DNA from: Octopus sinensis
Taxonomy: Eukaryota
NCBI RefSeq assembly: GCF_006345805.1
Contig: NC_043021.1
Location: 8,742,001-8,806,000, forward strand
Direction: 5' to 3'
DNA length: 64,000 bases
Below, one piece after another: positions 48,778 to 61,230 of this stretch (its first letter is position 1; every line of letters starts with the position of its first letter). The notes beneath the pieces were generated by a model that did not search any database, was not told the origin of the DNA, and saw only the letters and a program-made list of their open reading frames with translations. Both the position numbers and the translations under genes were made by a program.

Positions 48778-49165
48778 AGGCGGCGAGCTGACAGAAACGT
48801 TAGCACGCCGGGCGAAATACCTAGCCGTATGTCGTTTGCCGTTACGTTCTGAGTCGACTTTGCCTTTCACTTTCATCCTTTCGGGGTCGATAAATTAGGT
48901 ACCTATTTCTTTATTACCCACAAGGGGCTAAACATAGAGGGGACAAACATGGACAAACATAGGTATTAATTCGATTATATCGACCCCAGTGCTTAACTGA
49001 TACTTAATTTATCGACCCCGAAAGGATGAAAGGATGAAAGTCGACCTCGGCGGAATTTGAACTCACAACGTAACGGCAGCCGAAATACCGCTAAGCATTT
49101 CGCCCGACGTGCTAACGATTCTGCCAGCTCGCCGCCTATTAGGTACCAGTTACTCACTGGTGGTC
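48778..49165. mobile_element. SINE family C (minus, 48904-49136) nested in another SINE family C (plus)
   Basis: TSD attaggtacc at 48894-48903 and 49138-49147; the host element resumes with agttactcactgg. Confidence 0.88.
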
Positions 49166-50165
49166 TGGTCAACTAATGTGGGTGAGTCTTCTTTCGGTTG
49201 CGATGGTGGAGGTAGTGTTGTTGTTGTTGTGTTAAACGTATCGGCAGTAGAGGCATTTTTCTTTTCTTTGTTTGGGACAGAAAGCCTTTAAGTGGTTTGT
49301 TCCACCACAAATGTGGAATCTCGGCTTTCTGCTCTATACTGTAACAAATAACTGTGTTCGATTAGGTAGGTTAAACACTTTAGGGATGGCTTCAATACTA
49401 TGAAATCGGCGAGTAACTACAGTTCCACGCCTGCGCCTGATCAGTTCTCCTTTCCTATTTGGGGGATTGCAACCGTATAACACGGCTGCTACCAGCAAAG
49501 AGATGTCCACTTCTGGGCATATCCGCTACCTTTATTTTGACAAACCTCCAACCAAGGTATGTCGGAATTAGTCATGATTCCTCGCTTTCCACGGTTGTTG
49601 TAGTATTTTCTTTGGCTAAATACTTCATTTGAGAATCTTACTTCAACTGTGCCAAAGTGTCTCTCACAGGCGACATAAGTTTTTAAACACCAGACCGGTC
49701 TCAAGCATTTCTCGATCTGGGCCTGGCGTCGCCCGCTACAGTCCTCCCTTCTTTAATGATACACATTTATATATAATAGGTTTTTTTTTTCATAGTGTCT
49801 TCTCCGGTGTGTTAAGAAAGACTGTTCTAAGTGCAGCTTAGCGTTGCTCAGCATTTGTTATGTCAATTCGACTTTTTCCCATTTTCCAGCAAGTTTGTGC
49901 GAAACTGTTCCCATTCTGCTTAGAAAAACAACCTCCGATGTTGTCGTTTTATTAGTATTTCTAATGATGGCGGGGGTGGTGGAGCTCGTGCTTGCGTTAT
50001 TTTTAAATATAGCTTGCTCGTCGCTGTTGCTGCTGCTGCTGCTGGTGCTTCTGTTATTGTTGTTGTTGTTGTTGCCGCATCGTTTTTCTGTCTGAGCATC
50101 GTTTTTCGACTACATCGACTAGCGGTGGGGGAAACAATGTAATAGCAGCTATTCCAACAGCCATC
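49150..50165 (-). pseudogene. Probable decayed LINE ORF1 (gag-like) with a degenerate CCHC zinc knuckle
   Basis: Minus strand 49277-49318 translates (F)HICGGTNHLKAFC, i.e. C-X2-C-X4-H-X4-C with the first Cys mutated, preceded by PKVFNLPNRTQLFVTV*SRKPR; low-complexity flanks. Confidence 0.45.
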
Positions 50166-50290
50166 GCTTCCCTTGATTTAGGAATCTATATTGATATTTT
50201 AGCTTTGAAATATTAAAGTTGCTTTTCTAGATCTCAAAAATTCGCCCTTAATCTATCTATATATCTATCCATCTATTATTTATCTATCTT

Positions 50291-50521
50291 ATCTGGCCAC
50301 CACAGTCCCCAGATCTCAATATTATTGAACATTTATGGTGCATTTTAGAAAAACAAGTAAGGAGTCAACATCCTCCGCCATCATCACTACAAGAACTGAA
50401 GACTGTTTTAGCTGAAGAATGGACAAAAATTCCTTTGGAAACAATTCAAATTTTGTACGAGTCCATACCTCGTAGAATTCAAGCTGTAATTACTGCCAAA
50501 GGCGGTCCTACACCATATTAA
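50291..50521 (+). pseudogene. Tc1-type (DD34E-like) transposase C-terminal fragment
   Basis: IWPPQSPDLNIIEHLWCILEKQV...LQELKTVLAEEWTKIP...IPRRIQAVITAKGGPTPY*. Confidence 0.88.
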
Positions 50522-50573
50522 AATAAATTTGTTTGAAATTTTAAGGTGATCTATTATTTTATGTATATATATA

Positions 50574-51076
50574 CGTCACTAAAGTGAACGAAGGCACTAG
50601 TCAGCACCACTATTGCTAGAAATAGGAACCAAGACAACTCAAAAGTCACAAAAAGCACTATCTTAATGAGCTGACAAGGGAGACAATTTTGCTACGGTCG
50701 TAGATAGAACTACATCAATGACGATTTCGCATTCTGATGCTTAACGTATCTTAATGCTCATCAGAAGCTCTCACCGCGCCTAGGCTTAAACTTACCTCGC
50801 CCTGTTAGCTTATAAGATCTACGTTGAAATCATATGCTGATTTCATAAACGGTAAAGTGAAAATTATAAATAATACGGTGAGAGCTGCTGATGAGCATTA
50901 AGATGCGTTCAGCATCAGAATGCAAAATCATCGGTGATCTAACTATCTGCGGCCGTAGAGGGCTTATCTCTCTTGTCAGCTCATTAAGATAGTGCTTTTT
51001 GTGGCTATTGAGGTGTTTTGACTATTATTTCTAGCAATACTGGTGCTCATTAGCGCCCTTGTTCACTTTAGTGACG
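50574..51076. mobile_element. 503-bp foldback element (about 202-bp inverted arms, TA flanks)
   Basis: Arms 50574-50776 and 50876-51076; the 99-bp spacer contains the small hairpin gaaatca-tatgc-tgatttc. Confidence 0.85.
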
Positions 51077-51127
51077 TATATATTTCTGCTTTTAGGTTGT
51101 AAAATTGTGCGATTAGCCACTCATACG

Positions 51128-51174
<47 letters not shown>

Positions 51175-51289
51175 ATATATATGAGGTATGAGAGGTATTA
51201 GTATCCAGGAGACCCTTATTTGCTTCCTCTTCCAAAATAACTCCTTATATTGAACTCTAATATTTCCCTCTATTTAATCATCTCACATC

Positions 51290-51337
51290 GTCTCTGATGA
51301 AGGGATATCCAAAATATCCCAGAAACAGCTGTAAGAC
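51290..51337 (+). ncRNA. Minimal type-I hammerhead ribozyme motif with canonical core
   Basis: gucu-CUGAUGA-a-gggauau ccaaa auauccc-a-GAAAC-AGCU-GUA-agac; palindromic ACAGCUGU. Confidence 0.72.
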
Positions 51338-52161
51338 TAACTTTCTCTTTATAAATGTCCTGAAAACTCCACACAGCCTTTGCTTTGTTTCTCATTTTAT
51401 TTAACACACACAGACACACACACACACAGGCACACACACATATGTATGTATGTATATATGTATATAAAACTCCGTATATAAAACTCTCAATCCTTATTTT
51501 ACGCCGAGAACAACAGTGTCAACAGTAAATACACAGAGATAGCTTAAATGTTTGCCTGATCTTTCACAATCTCATGTTGAAGGAAATTTACTTTCCCCGT
51601 TTGGCCTCTCTTGCTGCTGTTTACCATTATCGTTTATTCCGTTGATTTTTTCATATGGTTCTACGACTGATGACATAAACATCAAACTGTCTATATTTTT
51701 TAATTCTAAAGTTCATATCTAAATGAACTTTATTTAGAGATGACGTCACTTCCAATTCGAAAGAATGTTCTCATGCTGATGAAAGCAGATAGATTCCAAG
51801 AGCTTGACATTTTTTGGCCAATGTATCCTGTATTTTATTTTAACATAGTATACTTTAAACAGAAATATCTGTTTATTTTGAGTTGATCCGACAATTATCT
51901 TCCCACTAGCGATATAGACAAGAGTGTATTGTACACCAAAAGCTTATATGTGAGTTCAGTTTCCGTCATAGACAAGCGTTCTAACGTATGAACATAGACT
52001 GAAAGATTGCTTAGAGATACACGGTGCAATTTATAAATCTGCCAATTTAAGGTATCATAAAACATTAAACTATTAGCAGATCTTTCGTAATTTTGAGTGT
52101 GTGTGTACCTCTGTGTATGTATGTATGTATGTATGTATGTATGTATGTATGTATGTATGTA

Positions 52162-52499
52162 GTGAAGGCGCGTGGCTCAGTGGTTAGAGCGTCGGGTTTA
52201 CGATCATGAGGTTGTGAGTTCAAATCCCGGACCGGGCTGCGTGTTGTGTTCTTGAGCAAGACACTTTATTTCACGTTGCTCCAGTTCACTCAGCTAGGGA
52301 ATTGAGTTGCGACGTCACAGGTGCCAAGCTGTATCGGCTCTTACCTTTCCCTCGGACAACATCGGTGACGTGGAGAGGGGAGGCCGGTATGCATGGGCGA
52401 CTGTTGGTCTTCCATAAAATACAACCTTGCCCAGACTTGTGCCTCAGAGAGAAACTCTCTAGGTGCAAACCCATGGTCAGTGTCTGACCGAAGGGGGTC
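52162..52499 (+). mobile_element. SINE family D, full length, within (ATGT)n
   Basis: A box TGGCTCAGTGG, B box GAGTTCAAATCC; (TATG)n on both sides. Confidence 0.9.
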
Positions 52500-52609
52500 A
52501 CCATCACCATGTATGTATGTATGTATGTATGTATGTATGTATGTATGTATGTATGTATGTATGTATAGTTCAAATTTACAAAAAGCAAAAAACGAAGACA
52601 GGTAAGAGA

Positions 52610-52760
52610 ACAGCAAGCAAGTGTATTAGTTTGATGCTCGGAAAAAATGGAAAAGTTTTCGACGTTTCGAGCCTATGCTCTTCGACAGAAATGATTGAAA
52701 GGAAAAAAAACTGAGAGAAAACGAGAAAAAAAACGGAGAGAGAGAGAGAGAAAAGACGTA
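52610..52760 (-). mobile_element. Short hammerhead-bearing element (same family as 17380)
   Basis: caagcaagtgtattagtttgatgctcggaaaa plus the hammerhead block. Confidence 0.65.
52657..52691 (-). ncRNA. Minimal type-I hammerhead motif, core variant CUGUCGA, GUC triplet
   Basis: Reverse complement: uuu-CUGUCGA-a-gagc auag gcuc-GAAAC-GUC-gaaa. Confidence 0.6.
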
Positions 52761-53199
52761 TATGGGTAGATAGATAGATAGATAATTACCACCTGAGGTT
52801 AGTAATTAACAAGGAATTAAATTACCAATTTCTTCTGAATATCTGGAGTTTCAAGTTGATTATGCAATCGTCTGTGTAACGATTATTTAATTTACTATGA
52901 TATATTAAAGAGTTTAACTAATTCTGTTTATATATAAATATATTTACATGTTCCTATGTACGTCTGTGTGTGCATTTAAGCGTACCCCGGCTTTTGTGAG
53001 TGTGTTGTTATGGTGTAACTAAAGAATTTATTTGCGGTTTTATTAAGATAGTGTGGTAGGTGATGATGCAGTCGTAGGGGAAATAGAGAGATTAGATTTC
53101 TTTAATGAGATGAAGTGTATGTTTATGTATATAAATATATATATATACACACGTATATGTACACACACACAAACACATACATGCACACACACACACAGC

Positions 53200-53265
53200 T
53201 ACAACTGAAGCAGGAAGAAAGAGTGAGAGAAAGTGGTGGTGAAAGAATACAGCAGTGTTCGCCAC
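53200..53265 (-). mobile_element. SINE family B internal fragment
   Basis: aggaagaaagagtgagagaaagtggtggtgaaagaatacagcag. Confidence 0.65.
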
Positions 53266-53316
53266 ACACATACACACATATATATACATGGGTGTATACA
53301 TATGAGTGTGTGTGTT

Positions 53317-53347
<31 letters not shown>

Positions 53348-53480
53348 GTGTGTATATATACATACATACATACATATATATATATAAGAGAGAGAGAGAG
53401 AAAAAGAGAATGGGGGAGAGAAAGATATGATATAAATAGATAGAATTATACATTATATTGTATATTTGTGTCATGCATAC

Positions 53481-53541
<61 letters not shown>

Positions 53542-53974
53542 AATTTGTGTGAAAGAGAAAAAGAGAAAGACAGGGCGAGAGAAAGAGAGAAATTGCAAGT
53601 AAATGTGTGTGTGTGATACATTCCATTGAAGGATTCCCATCAACCATCGTTGACAATGGACACGAAAAGCCTCGTTGGATGACAGCCTCTTGCCTAACTT
53701 CCCTGGTTGGTTCCGGAAGATGTTGCTGTAAACTATTCTACTTAAAATGTAAAATTGTTGGAGATGAAAGCAAAGTTGCAAGCAAAACAGCGTTAGAGTT
53801 AAGATCGCAGCGCGAGATAAAGCCACTCAGAGACACTCGGAGTACTTCAAATGGATTGTGCCCCAGGTGAATCTAAACGATAGCAATGTGGTGGGCGGCG
53901 ATAGTGACGTAGATAGGTAGCACTGATGGAGATAGGAAGGAGGAGGAGGAGGAGGAGGAGAAACGAATGATTGG

Positions 53975-54878
53975 AAGATGTCGATGATGATGGTGGTGGT
54001 GATGATGATGATGATGCCGACAGCGATAATGACAACGACGAACGGATGACGACGACGACGGTGATGGCGGCGACCAATGATTGTGACGATGCCGAGGACA
54101 ACATCGATGACGATGATGATGATGATGATGATGATGACAGAGATAATGACAATGACGACGACGACGACGATGACGACGACGATGATGATGACGATGACGA
54201 TGATAATGATGATGACGATGATGATGATGACGATGATGACGATGACGATGATGATGATGATGATGATGACGATGATGACGATGACGATGACGATGATGAT
54301 GATGTTGGCGACGACAATTATAGTGACGTTGCCCACGACGACGTTGATGATGACGATGATGACAGCGATAATGAAGACGACGACGACGACGATCATCATT
54401 ATCACCATGATGGTGATGATAATGACGATGATGATAATGACGACGACGATGATGATGTCGACGACAATGATAGTGACGATGCCGATGACGACGTCGATGA
54501 TAATGATAACGAAAACAGCGATAATGACGACGCGGACGACGACGACGACAATGGTGAACATGATGATGACGAAGATGAGGAGGACAACGATACAGACAAG
54601 AATCACGGCAGCGATGATGATGATGATGATGATGACGACGATGAGGATGATGATGATGATGACGACGACGATGATGATGACGATGATGATGATGATGATG
54701 ATGACGATGATGATGATGATGATGACGACGACGACGACGACGATGATGATGATGATGATGACGATGATGATGATGACGATGATGATGATGATGATGACGA
54801 CGACGACGACGACGATGATGATGATGACGATGATGATGATGATGACGACGACGACGACGACGACGACGACGATGATGA

Positions 54879-54912
<34 letters not shown>

Positions 54913-54917
54913 GATGA
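53975..54917. repeat. ~940-bp degenerate (GAY)n trinucleotide repeat (poly-Asp frame open)
   Basis: Interrupted part 53975-54612 with higher-order units; near-pure GAT/GAC 54613-54897. Confidence 0.9.
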
Positions 54918-55172
54918 TCTCAAGAAACCAAAATCAGAGATGCTAAACAGATGACGGCAGTAAGAAACTCAAAAGCCATTGGCCAATTAAACACGGAGTT
55001 CTTAATGTCCGACAAATTGCTTTGTGTTCATATTTATTTAAGTTGTCACTAAATTGCAGGATACTCCCACTGATGAGTGAAGAGGGAAGAAATGGCCTTT
55101 ATTGATACGGATGAGCGAACAAGTAGTCAGTATCCCACAATTTGCCCATTTGCAGTGGTTAGCATTTAGGAG

Positions 55173-55553
55173 GAAGCACTCCGTCGGTTACGACGACGAG
55201 GGTTCCGGTTGATCCGAATCAACGGAACAGCCTGCTCGTGAAATTAACGTGTAAGTGGCTGAGCACTCCACAGACACGTGTACCCTTAACGTAGTTCTCG
55301 GGGATATTCAGCGTGACACAGAGAGTGACAAGGACGGCCCTTTGAAATACAGGTACAACAGAAACAGGAAGTAAGAGTGAGAGAAAGTTGTGGTGAAAGA
55401 GTACAGCAGGGATCACCACCATCCCCTGCCGGAGCCTCGTGGAGCTTTAGGTGTTTTTGCTCAATAAACACTCACAACGCCCGGTCTGGGAATCGAAACC
55501 GCGATCCTATGACCGCGAGTCCGCTGCCCTAACCACTGGGCCATTGCGCCTCC
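55173..55553 (-). mobile_element. SINE family B, full length
   Basis: Family B match; likely TSD agtgg(t/c)tagcatt at 55154-55166 and 55555-55567. Confidence 0.92.
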
Positions 55554-56037
55554 TAGTGGCTAGCATTATGATTAGAGCAATGGGGGAAAAAGAGAAACTG
55601 TTGAATCAGGGTCGCCTGAGTTGGTCACAAGTAGTTGATTACCCAAATTTTCAAGACTGCTCAATTGTGTGTGTGTGTGTGGATGACGTATATGGATGAA
55701 AAAAGTAAGCATTGCCAAAAGAAACTAAAAATCATTTGTTTTTGAACGAAGACCCATGATATATTTGTTCTGTACCTAGTTTGCGCACACTTCCTTATTA
55801 CTGTTGCAGTCATAAATCCAGTGAGCTAATGATTTGCCCATTGGAAACATGTGCGCCAGTGCAATATAAAATAAGGAAATAAATTTAAAAGTATGTAGAT
55901 AAATAAAATTGAATCAGTAAAAAATTTAAAACATTTTAGATTCTAAAATGAGATCTCGTGTAATTTCATGATGTAGTGGTTATACACGTGTAAGGGGATT
56001 TGTTATGAGGTTAGTCAAAGCTTACATACATTGTGGA

Positions 56038-56137
56038 NNNNNNNNNNNNNNNNNNNNNNNNNNNNNNNNNNNNNNNNNNNNNNNNNNNNNNNNNNNNNNN
56101 NNNNNNNNNNNNNNNNNNNNNNNNNNNNNNNNNNNNN
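56038..56137. other. Assembly gap (100 N)
   Basis: Run of exactly 100 N; true size and adjacency across it are unknown. Confidence 0.99.
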
Positions 56138-57279
56138 TGGGCTGTCCTATTTCACTTCCTTAAGGACAGCGCGGGTTCATGAGGAGCTGTTCGGCACAGC
56201 CTCAAACCCTCCTGCACATTAATCAACAGACCATGTGCTTCGCAGAATCCAGGAGGAATACATTCAAAGAGACCGTATATTAGTTAGACATCAGATTAAA
56301 TTGCGCTCCAGGCTTGTAGCTTTTGGTCACGTGTATCTACTGGCTTTCAGCTGCAAGTTTTGCATGCGCAATTGCAAACAGTCTGTGATTCCAACCTCAG
56401 CATTCGCTATATTCTGAGCAGGTTAACGAGGTCTGCTCGGAAGAATGCGACAACTCTGTAACAACAACCGATTATAGGACCATCCCAGCTATGCATGCAT
56501 GTATGTATGTATGTATGTATGTATGTATGTATGTATGTATGTATGTATGTATGTATGTATGTATGCGTAAATGTGTATGAATATGTGTATATAAATATCT
56601 ATGTATATATGTAGGTTTTTCGGTATTCAGGTAGGAATTTGTGTGAGTGTGTGTGTGTGTGTGAGTATACAGATGTATGTATGTGTGTCTTTTCCTAAAT
56701 GTTTATGTATGTAAGTTGGTTTTTATCTGTGTTTTTACATAAGAGTTTGTTTGCATGCATATATACGTATGTATGTAGGTAGGTACGTACGGAGGTACGT
56801 AGGTACGTATGTATGCACATATGTATATATGTATGTATTTATATAGGTATGTGTAAGTATGACTGTATTTAGGTAAAAATTTACGTACGTATGCATATAT
56901 ATATATGTGTATATATATATATATGTATATATATATATGTAAATTTTTATTTAGATATATCTTTTGTATGTATGTAAGTAGAAACGCATGTAGATCGGTT
57001 GGGGTGTATAAATATGTCTGTAAACATTTGCGTATGTAGGTTTTCCGCATTTAGATAAGTACGCACATATACGCACAGGCTTGGACGCTTGTTTATGTTT
57101 TTGCAAGCATGTTTGTTTCTATGCATATTTCTGATGTCAACATGTAGATATATATATATATGTATGTCTGCTCGGAGGTTTTATTTTTATGACGTTTTAT
57201 ACAGGAAGAACTCAAGCCATCGCTCACAGAGTGACAGGGCTTCTTTGTTTTGAGTGAAGACAGTTCCTGGAATTTGTGT

Positions 57280-57940
<661 letters not shown>

Positions 57941-59064
57941 ATACCATAGTGAAATAGACGTGCTAACAACGTAGACCCTAAAATAGCTGATGAAACTAAA
58001 GTGTTTTAAAGCAATTTATTTCTGTCATGGAAAGCTGTTGAAGTAAAGCCAGTTGCTGGTAGTGCAGCCACTGAATTAACCCGTATTTTATTCCTACTCA
58101 TCCACTTCTTCCTACTCCTCCCCTCCACCTCCCTGCTGTTTACATTAACTTCACGAGGAGGCCATTATCAAAGCATCATTTGTGGATCATTCCATCCGAT
58201 TTCTCTAACACCAATTAAGTTTATATTAATTCATGTTACTTCACAAAAAGTGTCTTTCATTTGTACGATCTAATTTGTTTAATAGGGAAGAAAGCGTTTG
58301 CCAAAGCAATATGCCGGGGAATCTTGACTTAAGAGAGTCTCTTGAAAGGAAAGCAAACAGGTTCCGTGGAGAGTAGCGTCCGTATACTGCTTCTTTGTCA
58401 TGATTGAAGCCGATTACCATCATATACATCAATTCTGAATTCGTTTCTCATGGCAATGGTTCCTGATTTTATTCCTCTGCACAACCTATCACACGCGTCA
58501 TTTGCCAAATCAGTAAGTTAGCCAATGGCTTCTCAGTAAAATTTGCTGGACGGAAACTGGATTATCGCATCCATTATGCATGTATGCATGTATTTATGTA
58601 TGTATGTGTGTGCGTGCATGTGTGTTTCTCTTAGTTTTTCACGTTTTTTTCTTATTTGCTTATTGACTAGCGCCCTTGATTTTTAAAAATTATATATAAT
58701 GCATAAACAAAACCGAAAACATTGCTTTAAGATACATGGCTTATTTTATAAATATCCCTATTCACGTATCATAATGGCACGAAACTATGAGTAGCTCTTT
58801 CGGTTTTATGTTTAATTCGATATTTATTTTTCACTGAATGGAATACATTTTTTTGTTGATTCTACTTCTATTGGATCTTCAAAACTAACAGAAAATATTA
58901 CTAAGTCTGCAAGACTCAATCCGGAGTGGATGGTGCTCTCCAATTCGATAAAAGAAACCTGTGTCTACACCTGCTAAAATTTGAGATATTTCTGCTCCAA
59001 ATACGTGGGTTTCTACTGCAAATTCAATTCCCTCATTGTTTGGCGTAAAGCCACGTAAAGTTAC

Positions 59065-60076
59065 GTGACTCTAAGGGTTCTTCAAAAATTTATAGACACT
59101 ATTATGAATCTATATCCCTTGGAATATCTCATAAATACTACACCTATACCAACAAATAAACTATACCTTAAGATGCTTCTAGAGAAAGTTGATGTGCTAG
59201 TTCGACGGAAGAAATGGATTCTTTTATTTATTGATGGAGCGTTAACATCTACTTTCACGGAAGGTTATGATTTAAAAACTCATAAATATTCGCCCAAGGT
59301 AAAAGATTTAGCTCCTTTCAAAGCAGACCTCCTTGATTTAATAACTAATATTAGATTTCGTAAGCACTATGACCATTTTCAAACTTAACTAAAATCTGGT
59401 ATTAGAAACAAATTTGTATTTTCAGATAAGAATAATAACCTGTATATATTTAATATATATATCTAATAATGATTTATATGATAACTTGCTACACGATACC
59501 ATATCAGTTAAATATAGGAAAACTGATATAGGTAGATTCAGTGATATTAACAACGAGGCTAGATTCATCTCTAAAAGGGGTAACGTTGATGATAGGTTGA
59601 ATGCTTAGCAAAACGAAAAGCTTCTATTACCCTACAAGATAACAAACCCAATTTCAGTAATACGTCTACTAGCAGACTTTTAAATCGAGCTTGGACTGAA
59701 ATGGGTTTCGTAGCTAAAAAAAAAAGAAAGATTAATATCAGAATTAGAGAGACTACAACCACGGAATAATAGCAGCAGTCATAAATTGGTTTAGGAATAT
59801 AAAGGATATAAACAGAGAAAGGTTCATTGCTAATTTGTATCCCTCGACGACGAGATCATTGCTAGATAAGGTGACTGAGTTTGCGAAAACTTATGTGAAT
59901 ATAGACCAAATATACCTGGACTTTATCACGCGTACGAGAAAATCTCTTCTATTTAGTAAGAGCTCAGCATGGGTAGCAAAATCCGGTTCAGATGAGTTGT
60001 TAGATGTATCGATGAGATCATATGACAGTGCAGACATCTGTGATCTTGTGGATCTCTTTTTATTGCATACACTGAG

Positions 60077-60080
<4 letters not shown>
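59065..60080 (+). pseudogene. Decayed Penelope-like element ORF (N-terminal region and first half of RT)
   Basis: Translated pieces PIPTNKLYLKMLLEKVDVLVRR, FKADLLDLITNIRFR, FSDKNNNLY, ITLQDNKPNF, VINWFRNI, LYPS and RKSLLFSKSSAWV...DVSMRSYDSADICDLV resemble PLE RT motifs (LYPSI; FDVTMGSYDGAEVCELV); stops and frameshifts; ends at a CA/TA microsatellite. Confidence 0.72.
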
Positions 60081-60128
<48 letters not shown>

Positions 60129-60211
60129 GACAACGAGCACAAATAGAAGACAACATGAGAGGGACAAATGTTAACAAATGTTGCGTAAGTTTAACGCATA
60201 GAAATTGGGGA

Positions 60212-60248
60212 CCTCGACGTTTCGGACGCCAGTTATTCATCAGAGAAA
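60212..60248 (-). ncRNA. Degenerate hammerhead motif inverted relative to the adjacent PLE
   Basis: Reverse complement: CUGAUGA-a-uaacuggcgucc-GAAAC-GUC; helices I and II partly broken. Confidence 0.4.
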
Positions 60249-61136
60249 GATAGAAAAGAAAATATAAATGGATGTGAAAAGGTGGTGGGCGAATGAAAAG
60301 AATGAAAACTTGTTGGAGAAAGAAAAAAGTAAGGATTTGGGAACATGTAGGAATGCAGTTCTGTGAGAGGAAGTTAGGGAGGGAAGTTAAAGCGGGTGTA
60401 ACAGTGTTCGCGTGTGATTCTGTGATTGTGATATTTTACACACATAAAGCAATGTAACTCTCTGAAAAGACAAAACCATTTGGTTAATAGGGATTGTTAT
60501 ATTGTGTCCAAGACTAAATACTAGGTTCGATATACTTGACTAAATGCCTTGACAGTGGAGCCCCAGCATAATTACAATCCCGTGACTGAAACCAATGAAA
60601 CAATAAACAAAAAAAGAAATTCGATGACACGTAAGCGGTCCCACATTGGGATACGTGCGAAACTGATGCAACGGAGTAAATGTTATCAACAAAGATTAAT
60701 GCTGCCAACAAAAGCTTTATGTAGTGTTCCCAGCCTTGTGTCCCGAGACATTGCTTTGGGCACACTTCACTTTATAGTATACATAAATGACATCACAGTT
60801 ATTAAAGCACTAAAATAATTTTTCTTCTGTCCCTCTTCTCATTTTGCTAGCGGTTCCAAAAACATCCGAAAGTCATCAGCAAATTAGGTGTCTATACGGA
60901 ACTCCAATTTGATCAACGTGATGAAATTCAACAAACAGAATATAAGAGCATATTTAAATGATGGTAACTGGCGAAGGTCTCTTCTCCCCTAAAGCTTAAT
61001 CTTTAATCTGGCATTGATTCCATGACGTGAAATAATATCGCTGACATAGATGTAAATATTGATAGCATTTCAAGCAAGAGGATTCACAACAAAGTTGATA
61101 TAACCCCTATATTTTCTTAGATCCTTAAAGTTCTAA

Positions 61137-61230
61137 CTTTTTTATTGCCCACAAGGGGCTAAACAAAGAGGGGACAAACAAGGACAGACAAAGGGATTAA
61201 GTCTATTACATCGACCCCAGTGCGTAATTT
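61137..61230 (-). mobile_element. SINE family C 3' fragment
   Basis: ttgcccacaaggggctaaac...atcgaccccagtgcgtaa. Confidence 0.82.

Noticed and set aside
50886-50912. CTGATGA-gcat taag atgc within the foldback arm
   Set aside because: Followed by gttc rather than GAAA; not a hammerhead
56031-56417. ORFs at and after the N gap
   Set aside because: One ORF is an artefact spanning the gap; the other has no recognisable similarity, and adjacency across the gap is uncertain
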